From Naegleria gruberi (lineage: Eukaryota), in assembly GCA_000004985.1 (NCBI GenBank), contig GG738859.1: 64,000 bases of DNA; one strand, given 5' to 3'. Both the position numbers and the translations under genes were made by a program. The notes under the pieces are model-generated. The model did no database searches and was not told the DNA's origin. It worked only from the letters and a program-made list of their open reading frames with translations. Shown one piece after another: positions 41,708 to 51,503 of the stretch (within the stretch, counting starts at the first letter, position 1; every line of letters starts with the position of its first letter).

Positions 41708-43784
41708 TTATTGACCAATGGATTGCCAAATACCTTCTAATTTATCTTGGTATTCTTCATAATCATTTGCATTTCCTAATTGTTGTAATAATTCGGTAAT
41801 ATCATTATTGCATAGGAATGAGTCATTGCTGTTTGTTTGCTCTATTGCATTAAATTCTTGATATGGCTGCATGGTTGTTTGATTTGAGGTTGGTATCGAA
41901 TAACTGCTATTGGTAGAAGAAGCTTCTCTATCACCATTCATGATGGAAGAATTCAAATTTACCAGAAAATCATTCAAATCTCTCCTTTTTCTCATCAATT
42001 GAGTCATTTCGCTCAAAGTATTTTTCAACACTACGAATTTGGAACTAATAATCACAAGTGAATTGAAATTTTCAATAATCATACTAGAATCATTCACTCT
42101 CAGATTGACCTTAATAAGAATTGGAAAGAAAATTATAATGACAGGAGCAGATTTCCAAAAAGTTGCCCTCGATGCCAATCCACTGGCCATTGTAGCGCAA
42201 TGTAAACCCATCTTTTCCAAGCCACACCTCACCAAAATGTCAGCCCTCAAAGAATAGAGACAGAATCGGTGGACATTCTTTTGAATATCATGTTTCTGGA
42301 ACTTGTCAGATTCAATATACTTTTCCAGAGTTTCCAATTTTCTCAATATCCCAATCAACTCTGTCTGATTATTTGATAAGTATGCAACTCTAGAATACAG
42401 CAAGTAATAAACCAAAGTGGCGGTGAAGGAAATTTCTTCACTTCCCTTAATGAGTGACATTTCACTAATTTTCCTTTCTAATTGTTCAATCTTTCGAGTA
42501 CATTTGGATGATGTGAGATAATTACTTGTCTCCTCCACTATTTTCTGCATATTTTCATCTATTTTCTCAATTTCTTCCAACTTGTTTACTCCCAATTCTG
42601 CCAAAAATTTTGAAATGGAATTTGCAAATGAAAGTGCTGAAAGAGCTTGATAAAATTTGTCATCCTCAACCTGATATGAACATATGCTCGATGACATTTC
42701 CAATGCAATCCTGTTATACATATGACTCTTTACTCTTTCACCTTCTGAACAAGCATACACTCCCATCAAACTCAAAGCACACGAAGCTTCTCTAGAAGGA
42801 TGATCGAATAGATAACTTGCCTGAGATCTAGCTCTATTGAAAAAGTCGACACAATTCTTTCGATCCTCCAATCGTTGAGCTCCCATTGCACAGACGATGT
42901 TGAGCAATAAATGGAAGCCATAAGGATCTGGTGAGTGATTAATTGGGCTCATGAGAGATGAATTGAGGCATTGATCTAACATTGGACCATCTACTAGTGA
43001 GTGGCATGTTACACAACTTGTAATGTTGAGTATGAAATGTCATTATGAATACTTACTCTAAAAATTGATTCATGAGAGTTCTTGTTTGAGTGGTGACATT
43101 AAATTGAAGTCCACTTAATGGACTTGAGTATAAAGAAGTAATGGGGAATGCTTGAGAATGATTCTCATTAAATTGATCGATAGAATTATTTGATTGTTTT
43201 TCATCTACTGCAATTTCATGATTAGTGACATTATCTGAATTTTCTAAATCATCAGATGATGACGATTTTCTCTTCTTTGGGCCTCTTTTCTGAGGTGGTA
43301 GGTAAGCACAACTAATTCCCTTTGATTTACATCTTGTGCATGAATTTGGAGCTTCACCATCGCATTTTTCTATTTTAGGAAAATGCAATAAGAGAAATTG
43401 AATATTTGTAAAGTACTTACTGTGCAGCTTGTTACAATAGACGCATGCAGATTTGTGCTTTCGTTTCTTTTCGGAAGAATTTGAACTGTGTCTAACTGTT
43501 GACAAGGTTTCGGATTCTTGTGGATGGAAAGAGGTTTCGTTTGGTAGTGTTTGGGATTCGTTAACAATTGAAAGGATATTTGATGATGTGGTTGGTGTGA
43601 AATACATGTTGGTTAACTGTTCAAAGAATGGCAAAAGTACTAATTGGAAATTATTCGAAACATTATTGTTGTGCATGACTGGTTGATTAGTTGAAGATGC
43701 TAACTGTCGATTGTTCTGTTGCCACGATGCTTGTTCATTGGATGACATTTTTTTCTTTATTAGTTTCTGATTTCGATAATACAA
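41708..43784 (-). CDS. Zn(II)2Cys6 binuclear-cluster transcription factor with a fungal-type middle homology region. Proposed three exons: complement(join(41708..43016,43058..43369,43421..43784)).
   Basis: A 51-nt GTAAGT...ATAG intron at 43370..43420 splits the zinc cluster. Spliced, it reads ACVYCNKLH-KK-CDGEAPNSCTRCKSKGISCAY, a canonical CX2CX6CX6CX2CX6C. A downstream basic stretch is RGPKKRKS. The second ORF (41708..42982) has a fungal_trans-like region (FHLLLNIVCAMGAQRLED...ALSLMGVYACSEGERVKSHMYNRIALEM). Its frame is open about 20 codons upstream of its ATG and can be joined through a putative 40-nt intron at 43017..43056 (GA|GTAAGT...ACAAG|T). That second junction is the weaker one. Confidence 0.55.
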
Positions 43785-44271
43785 CTTTCGTTTGGTTTCT
43801 TATGACCACAAGACAAACAGCTATTCTCCATTTGTAGAATCTTAATTGCCTTACGGAAAACCTTGCTTCAATTTGGCATGAAATTGAAAACTGTATCTCA
43901 ATACAAAACTCCTTTCCAGATTTTAGATTCCAGTTCTGAAATTTAATAGAATCTCAAAGAGAAAATCCTTTCCCAAACGATGACAATCTTCACTGTCTTA
44001 TTGTCTTCATTCCTTCATTCTTAGTACTTTATTCAAATATCGAATATCGTACCATCACTTGCAAAAAAACCAATCACGAAAATACATGAATGAACTTGCT
44101 CAAATTGTACTTGAGGTTACATCCCTCACCCATCGCCCTCGTCTATTTTGATTTTATATTCGATGATTAACAGCTCTTTTGTGAACAAGCAACAACTCGG
44201 TAAAAATATTCAATATTAAGAAAAAACAACAACTAGTTACCCACCCTACCTTCTTTTTGTATTATATAGAG

Positions 44272-44949
44272 ATGAATCCATATCAACAACCATACGGTTA
44301 TCCACCACAAGGAGGTATGCCACCACAAGGATATGTAAGTTTTATATTACTATATGAATTTGATAGAGTTTTTGTGATTTTTGTGATGTTTTTGTGATCC
44401 ATGGTGATCTTTTGTAAAATTGAAAAAACGTTTAAATTTATTATTTGCTGATGATCATCATATATTTATTGTACAATACAACATACATATTTATAATTAT
44501 ATTTGAAATAACGACAATTTTCATATGAAAATATTTAAATTTGTGGACAACAAATATTTTCGGATTTTGATGACACTTGATAATCACACAAATATTTAAA
44601 TATCATATTGATGATGATTTAGCCAATGCAACCAGGTATGCCAATGCAACCTGGCTATCCAATGCAACCAGGAATGCCAATGCAACCAGGTTATCCTATG
44701 CAACCAGGTATGCCTATGCAACCAATGCCAATGCAACCTGGAATGCCAATGCAACCAATGGGCCAACCTGGATATTATGCTCCACCAACTGGTTATGTTC
44801 AACCACCAGTGAGTTATAATACCACAACTAACTATGCTTATCCACCTACTCATGGTCACGGATATTATCATCATGGAAAGAAGATGAAGTTCGGTAAGAG
44901 AATGAAGTTTGGTAAGAAATTTGGTAAATTCGGAAAGAAGTGGTTCTAA
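44272..44949 (+). CDS. Pro/Gln/Met/Gly-rich repeat protein with a basic Lys/Phe/Gly C-terminal tail. Two exons: join(44272..44334,44623..44949).
   Basis: Exon 1 is MNPYQQPYGYPPQGGMPPQGY, with donor TAT|GTAAGT. After a 288-nt intron the acceptor TTTAG|CCA opens exon 2. Exon 2 encodes PMQPGMPMQPGYPMQPGMPMQPGYPMQPGMPMQPMPMQPGMPMQP..., ending KKMKFGKRMKFGKKFGKFGKKWF. The codon immediately upstream of 44623 is a stop, which fixes the acceptor. Confidence 0.5.
44623..44770 (+). repeat. Imperfect tandem repeat of about 21-27 bp (CCAATGCAACCAGGTATG-like units) encoding (MQPG[MY]P)n.
   Basis: The unit caaccagg(a/t)atgccaatg / caacc(a/t)gg(c/t)tatcc(a/t)atg appears about 6-7 times in a row. Confidence 0.6.
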
Positions 44950-45296
44950 ATTAATTCTAGATGATCTTATTTCTATAAATTATTGATTTATTGTCAATAT
45001 TGAAATAGCTCACTACTTTTTTCTAACTGAACAACAGATGGATTGGTGAATTGCTTACGATATTGGTAATTGAGAGAACCTGTTGTGAAGGTGGTTGTGC
45101 TTGAGGACCACAACATTTTGTGAGTCACCAACAAGCTTTTACATTCGATTACATTCTTGTTGGATTACTGACTTAATCTTCTTAATTACGTGTATCTAGG
45201 AGTTTCTTTCTTCAATTTCAATTTTTCACATCAACTCCGATCTTTTTTGAACAACTCAATTCACCTCGTTACAACTCCATAAAACAATAGAAAAAA

Positions 45297-45830
45297 ATGG
45301 AGGCAATGCAAATTGTTGGATTGGTAGACTCTCTCGAATTATTGGAAGCCATCAAATCAGTTCGGAATCAAGTCTTTGTTCAGGAACAAGAAATTGACTC
45401 TACTCTAGAATTTGATGCCAATGATATTCAATTTAAAGAAGGATTGGAAAATTCATCAACAACCTCTCTTTTAAACAAACTCCGCTATTATTATATTAAA
45501 TTCAATGGTGATGATGGAGAGGTGTGTGGTACATGCCGAGCAAGAAAAACCACTGATTCAACTTGGAAAATTGAAAGAGTGGCCACTTTGAAAAATCATA
45601 GAGGAAAGGGATTGGGACAGAGTTTGATTTCGTTTGTTATTGATGATTTGTCCAAGTTGGATGATTCCAGTAATAGTGAGGAAACAACTTTTTACATTCA
45701 TGCTCAATTGTCTGCTTATCCATTCTGGAGTCGAGGCAATTTCAATAATGGAAAATTTATTAAAGTTGGAGAAGATTTTGAGGAAGCTAGTATTCCACAT
45801 TGTAAAATGATCTACCATCCAAATAAGTAA
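45297..45830 (+). CDS. GNAT-family N-acetyltransferase.
   Basis: 177-aa ORF. The acetyl-CoA binding motif is in IERVATLKNHRGKGLGQSLISFVIDD (R/QxxGxG/A). The N-terminal part has a conserved-looking FVQEQEI block. Confidence 0.6.
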   Translation: MEAMQIVGLVDSLELLEAIKSVRNQVFVQEQEIDSTLEFDANDIQFKEGLENSSTTSLLNKLRYYYIKFNGDDGEVCGTCRARKTTDSTWKIERVATLKNHRGKGLGQSLISFVIDDLSKLDDSSNSEETTFYIHAQLSAYPFWSRGNFNNGKFIKVGEDFEEASIPHCKMIYHPNK

Positions 45831-46408
45831 GAGAATAAAATTGATGATCTTTTAATCTCTCATCACCCTAAAGAATCCACAGATCATCCTATTCCACAAA
45901 TCTTGCTGATAATGATGAAATACTGCACCGGAGTTAAAAGTCCTTACGATTTTTTTGCATTCATCACCAGTAACTCATTTCTCACCCTCAACTATCTTAC
46001 TAGATCGTCATCATCGAAATATCGATCCTCCTGCAATATTCATCGACTCCACTTTCACAACCAAAAAAAACATTTGAAAAAAATATCAAGAGGTGAGTTT
46101 TTGATTTTTTTGCATTTTTTTTAAATCTTGCATTTTGTGTTCGTGATGATTTTTATTATTTTATAATGATGGTGATGAATTATAATTTTGTTGTTGTTTG
46201 GGGATGATGGATGAACTGTGCATGATTGTGGGATGAAATGCAAATTTTTCCATGTAAAAAACTCTTGAAAATTAATGATTTGATATTGATGATGATGAAT
46301 TTATATTTTATCCTATGATATTGAATGTTGAACATTAACAATCTAATAACAATCTAATCTATCATTTTGATATTATCCATGTAAAGAAAGTGAAAAATAT
46401 CAAAAAAA

Positions 46409-48931
46409 ATGGTTTATGTTAACGAGGAAATTGAACAAGCTAAAGAAAAGGTTTTGAATGAATTGGGTTATGCTCCAATGGCCATTGTTCTTGGAAGTGG
46501 TCTTGGTGATTTTCCAAAAGTACTTTTAAATGCTAAAAAGTTATCCTACTCTCAAATTCCACACATGCCACAAACATCAGTTCAAGGTCACTCTGGAGAA
46601 TTGATTCTTGGTGAATTGCCAACCAATGATAATCAAAAGAGACTTATTTACTGTTTTGCTGGAAGAATTCACTCATATGAAGGAGGTCCTTGGGATGAAG
46701 TTACCTTCCAAGTTAAATTGATGGCTTCAATTGGTTGTAAACTTTTTATCATGACAAATGCAAGTGGTGGTCTTTTTGATGAAATGAGTGGAGGTTGTTT
46801 GTGTTTATTGACAGGTCATTTCCGTTTATTAGCAAGAATGGATCCAAACAGTCTTGCACCTGGGGCTAGAGTTTCAAATGGTCAATTATTAGAAACTAGT
46901 TTTGAAAAGAATGAACAAATTTCACAAATTGAAGACAAGTACTCACACTTTGCTCCAGATTATTGGACTTCCAAGTATGTTAATTTGTGTAGAAGTGTTG
47001 CCAAGGAGCAAGGTATTAAATTATTCGAAGGTTCTTATGCTTGGGCTAGTGGTCCTTCATTTGAAACTCCACTCGAAGTTTTGATGGCTAAACAATTGGG
47101 AGGTGCTTGTGTTGGTATGTCAACTGTTCCTGAAATGCTCACATGTAATTATTATGGAATGGAATGTATGGGTATTAGTATGGTTTGTAATTTGGGAGCT
47201 GGTTTGCAAACTGAACCACTCACTCACAAGGAAGTTTTAGAAAATTCCAAGATTGGTACTGAACATATGCAATTGTTGGTTAAGGAAACTCTTTCCAAGA
47301 TTGATTTTGATGAAGCCACTCCACAAACTACCACCACCACTGAATATCTTCCACTCAGAAAGAATGAATCCACTCACAAACTCACAGCTGAATCTATTGC
47401 AAAGGCTGCTGAAATTATTAGAGTAACTTTGGGAGAAATTGACTCGGTTCAAATGAATGTCTATTGTACTCTTCCAGATGCTCCAAATGTTAGTGAACTC
47501 GAAAATAAGGTCGACTTGATGACTCTTCCACAATTCCCATACAGTACTGCCTCTGGTAATTTTGGTTACTTTACCAAGAATTCCAAGAATCAACTCACCT
47601 TGATTACCAATACTCACTCCAGTTTGGACAATACATTGACCACTGAAGAATCTACTTACATTGCTTTGGTTCTCAACTTACTCAACATTCCAAACGTTGC
47701 CTACTTTGTCAAGTGTTCTGATTCAAAGGTTGTTCCAGGTGTCACCCAACAAGAAATTACCAACGTTACCAACTTTGGTTACTATGAACCATTAGAATAC
47801 GTTGAAACAGTTTACAGAACTTCTGAACGTTTCGTTGATACTACCAGCAAAGATACCAAGAAGAATTCCTACATGGCCTTTATGGGTCCTGATTTACCTT
47901 GTGCTATGGAATGTCACACTGCTGAAGAATTGGGTCATGCTGTTTATGGTGTTACCTCTCTTGCTTTGCATAATTCTTTGAAGTATTTGGGTTTCAATGT
48001 CAAGACTTTTGTTGAATTTGTTGGTGCTCCAGAAAAGAATGCTGTTCAAATTGAAAATGTTGCTACTAGAACTGTCAAGCAAGTTGATATTGAACAAAAC
48101 CACAAGCTTCACTATCAAATGCTCAAGATTAGTGAAATTGAAGAAGCCACTCAGTTTGTAAAGGAACAATTGGAACTCACTGATAAGAATATTGAATCTG
48201 TTATTCTCGATTTGAACTTGAATTTGCCATTCACTCAACATGAAAATATCAAGATTATCAAGTCTGTTCCATTCAAGAATATTCCACATCTCCAAACTGA
48301 ATTTGGTCAAACTCTCTCATTGGCCACTATTGGTGATAAGCACATTTTGGTTGTTCACCATATTGATCAATCTGATGAAAGCACTTATTTGCGTAGTAAT
48401 TCATTGATTGAATTGTCATTCATTATCAGAGTTTGTCAACATTTGCACACTGTTAATAATATTTATCTCAATAGTGCTGTTGTCAGTGCTCTCAATTCAA
48501 ACTTTGAACCAATTTATACTCCAAACACATTAGTTCAATACCGTGATCACATTAACTTTACCGGATACAATCCATTGATTGGTAAGAATGAAAACAGATG
48601 GGGTGATAGATTCTTTGATGTTTCAGGATTGTACAGACCACTCAAGACCTCAACTAAGGTTGAAACTACCAATGTCATGTATGCCAATCACATTCTCCAA
48701 CTTGATAATAAGGAATTACGTTCTACTGTCTCTAAATTCAACGTTAACGTCTTGAGTTCTGTTGGTGGATATGAAGCTCTCGTTGCTCACCACGATGTCA
48801 AGCCAAAGGAAGAAAGAGTCAGATGTGTTTCATTGGGATTGGTTATTAATGAAAATTCTGAAAAGTTAATTTGTCCAGAAAAGAAGAAGGAATTAATCAC
48901 CACTCTCTGTAATGATATTTTAGGATTGTAA
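46409..48931 (+). CDS. Purine nucleoside phosphorylase (PNP/MTAP family) with three PNP-like domains in tandem in one 840-aa polypeptide.
   Basis: Domain 1 (about aa 1-290) is canonical: MPQTSVQGHSGELILGEL, GRIHSYEGGPWDEVTFQVKLMASIGCKLFIMTNASGGL, ASGPSFETPLEVLMAKQLGGACVGMSTVPE. Domain 2 (about 300-560) is degenerate: LPQFPYSTASGNFGYF, MAFMGPDLPCAMECHTAEELGHAVYGVTSLA. Domain 3 (about 570-840) is nearer consensus: VQYRDHINFTGYNPLIGKNENRWGDRFFDVSGLYRP and the C-terminal ALVAHHDVK. Confidence 0.75.
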   Translation: MVYVNEEIEQAKEKVLNELGYAPMAIVLGSGLGDFPKVLLNAKKLSYSQIPHMPQTSVQGHSGELILGELPTNDNQKRLIYCFAGRIHSYEGGPWDEVTFQVKLMASIGCKLFIMTNASGGLFDEMSGGCLCLLTGHFRLLARMDPNSLAPGARVSNGQLLETSFEKNEQISQIEDKYSHFAPDYWTSKYVNLCRSVAKEQGIKLFEGSYAWASGPSFETPLEVLMAKQLGGACVGMSTVPEMLTCNYYGMECMGISMVCNLGAGLQTEPLTHKEVLENSKIGTEHMQLLVKETLSKIDFDEATPQTTTTTEYLPLRKNESTHKLTAESIAKAAEIIRVTLGEIDSVQMNVYCTLPDAPNVSELENKVDLMTLPQFPYSTASGNFGYFTKNSKNQLTLITNTHSSLDNTLTTEESTYIALVLNLLNIPNVAYFVKCSDSKVVPGVTQQEITNVTNFGYYEPLEYVETVYRTSERFVDTTSKDTKKNSYMAFMGPDLPCAMECHTAEELGHAVYGVTSLALHNSLKYLGFNVKTFVEFVGAPEKNAVQIENVATRTVKQVDIEQNHKLHYQMLKISEIEEATQFVKEQLELTDKNIESVILDLNLNLPFTQHENIKIIKSVPFKNIPHLQTEFGQTLSLATIGDKHILVVHHIDQSDESTYLRSNSLIELSFIIRVCQHLHTVNNIYLNSAVVSALNSNFEPIYTPNTLVQYRDHINFTGYNPLIGKNENRWGDRFFDVSGLYRPLKTSTKVETTNVMYANHILQLDNKELRSTVSKFNVNVLSSVGGYEALVAHHDVKPKEERVRCVSLGLVINENSEKLICPEKKKELITTLCNDILGL

Positions 48932-49061
48932 ATAGATATTATAAAGTATATTTATTAAGTTGGTTGGTCTCACTAATTTTTCTCACACTAAATCACTAGA
49001 TGGTTGATGAAGAATAATTCATTCTCGAAGAAGATAGGTACAAAATGAATACATGTATCAT

Positions 49062-51288
49062 TTAAAGAGCTTCTCGACGAGTCATGGTCAATAATTGTTG
49101 AGCATAATTCATACAGACCTTTTCACTCTCACTCATCCATTTGCCTTCTCTTCTCTCCTTCAATTTGGTCTGAATAATTTGAGCCCATTGTTGATCACAT
49201 TGAGCAAAGTGTTGCAACATTTTATCAATCACTCTTTGTTCAGTCACTCTAAAGAAGCTGGCAGCAATATTATCACACAAATTATTCTTATCCTTCTCTG
49301 GGAGAATCTTCCAGAAATCAGCAACTTGAGAATACAAATCCTCGAAAGAACCTTCATTTGGAACTTCATACAGACCACAATTTCCAGTAACCTTAAATGG
49401 TGGATCAATGTATTTGGCATTTGGTTTCAAACCTCCAAAGGCACTTCCAGTATAGTGAGGGAAGGAATCATTGATTGGAATGTACATGTTACCACCCAGG
49501 TAATTATTCATTGGTTCAATGCCATGTGGACGATTGACATAGAGTTGCTTAAAGTTTGGACCAATACGATGAATTTGAGTATAATCATAAATTAATAATC
49601 TTCCTTGCAATAGCTATTAACGAAAAACATGTATAAATATTTCAAACTCATGAACAAGTAAACTTACCTTATCAGGACTCAATCCAATTCCAGGAACAAC
49701 AGTAGCAGGAGAGAAGGCCACTTGTTCAACCTCTGTGAAATAATCCACAACATTTCTATTCACCTCCAACGTACCAACCTCAATCAATGGATAATCTGCA
49801 TGTTTCCAAACCTTTGTAGCATCAAATGTCCATGGATGTTTGTAACCTTCCTCCTCTGGCATGACCTGAATCATCATCTTCCAACGAGGGAAATTCTGTT
49901 TCTCAATTGACTGATACAAATCACGAGAAAGGAAATTTGGATCCTCACCTGCTACTAATTTTGCTTCATGTTGATTGAAACCGAAAGCTCCTTGTTGAGA
50001 AACTAAATGGAATTTGACCCAGAAACGTTCTTTGGCAGAGTTGACCAATGAGAAAGTGTGGCAACCATAAGCATTCATGGTTCTGTAGGAAAGAGGAGTT
50101 CCAGTTCGATCTGTGAAGAGCATGGCCATTTGATGGAGTCCTTCTGGGTGGTTGGCAACATAGTCCCAGGTTTGGGTAATGTTCCAGCAACCAGTTCTTG
50201 GATCACGTTTGAAAGCATGGACTTGGTCTGTGTGGTTGAGGAAGAATGTAGAGTTTAGTTGTTGGAAAGGTTTAGTTTGAAAAATTGTTAGTGGAAAGTG
50301 AAATAAACAACTTACCTGGACCTGCTTTGGCATCTCTGACAGCAAAGACAGGAGTGTTGATGCCCAATAAATCCCAGTTACCTTCCTTAGTATAGAATTT
50401 GATAGCGAATCCTCTTGGCTTGGAAATTGAAAAAATGATATTCGAAAGTCAATATTAAACTTAAAAACTTACATCTCTTGTAGTTTCTGGATCTCCAACT
50501 TCAGTAAAGATACCAGAAAATCTAGTAATAAATTGAGTTGACTTTCCAACTTGATTAAACAAATCAGCACAAGTATACTTGGAAATGTCATTTGTCACAG
50601 TAAATGTACCATAAGCACCAGTTCCCAAAGCATGTACATTTCTTGGAGGAATCTTTTCAGTATTGAAATGTTGAAGCTTTTCTAACAAATCCAAATCTTG
50701 AACACAAAGTGGACCTTGACTGCCAGATGTTAAAGAATCCTTGACATGACCAATTGGACAACCTGTTTGTCTTGTAATGATATTTTGTCTGTTAATTTCA
50801 TTTTGTTCAATCACACCTGGAATTTTACCAAATTGCTTACTGACTTCCTTGGAAGTGAATGAGTCTGAACCATATCCAAGCGGACATTTTAATTGTTGTG
50901 ATAATTGACTACTTTCAAGTCCTTGTTCTTGTTGAAGCTTTGGTTGAGTGGATTGAATTCCAGATGGTTGTAATCCAGAAGTTTGCTTTCCATATTGTTG
51001 TTGTTGAAGTTGTGGTTGTTGTTGCAGTTGTTGTGGTTGCTGTTGAAGTTGTGGTTGATTGGGTTGTTGTAAGCCAACCTGTTGTTGTTGTACTCCAGTT
51101 GGTGATTGTTGCATTCCAGTTGGAGATTGTTGTGATTGTTGTGATTGTTGTTGAGTGGAAGATAAATGAGAAGGTCTGAAGGCACCACTAGCATACGTTG
51201 GTGAAAAACCTTGTTGTTGCTGAGTGGGTGATTTCTGTTGTAAACCACCCTGTTGTTGTTGAGGTGATTGTGGTTGGTTTGATTGCAT
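49062..51288 (-). CDS. Catalase with a poly-Q N-terminal extension. Four exons: complement(join(49062..49613,49668..50227,50316..50418,50473..51288)).
   Basis: Catalase motifs span the three pieces the ORF track reports: [77 protein letters not shown] | [34 protein letters not shown] | [13 protein letters not shown]...[48 protein letters not shown] | [21 protein letters not shown]. Introns are 54, 88 and 54 nt, with GTAAGT donors and ..AG acceptors, and every junction is in phase. The first ~130 aa are a Q/S/P-rich tract encoded by CAA/CAG repeats. Confidence 0.85.
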
Positions 51289-51503
51289 TTTGTTTTGGCT
51301 TAATAAACTTTTTACCCTCCAAATGATTCAAGTTTTTAAGTTAATAAGTGGGACGAACTTATTTGGAAAATTGTTGAATGAAGAAATTGCATTAGAAAGT
51401 CAACGAACTAAGCTTTACTTTTGGAGAATTTACAAAAATCCAAAAGTCGATTTACTAAATGTGGGTGGTTCCAAAAGGAGTTTACAGTTATTGTAATAAT
51501 TAT

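Noticed and set aside
50859-51248. Plus-strand ORF (106 aa) and another minus-frame ORF (119 aa) within catalase exon 1
   Set aside because: Both are alternative-frame readings of the CAA/CAG poly-Q repeat (poly-V / poly-N). They are repeat artefacts.
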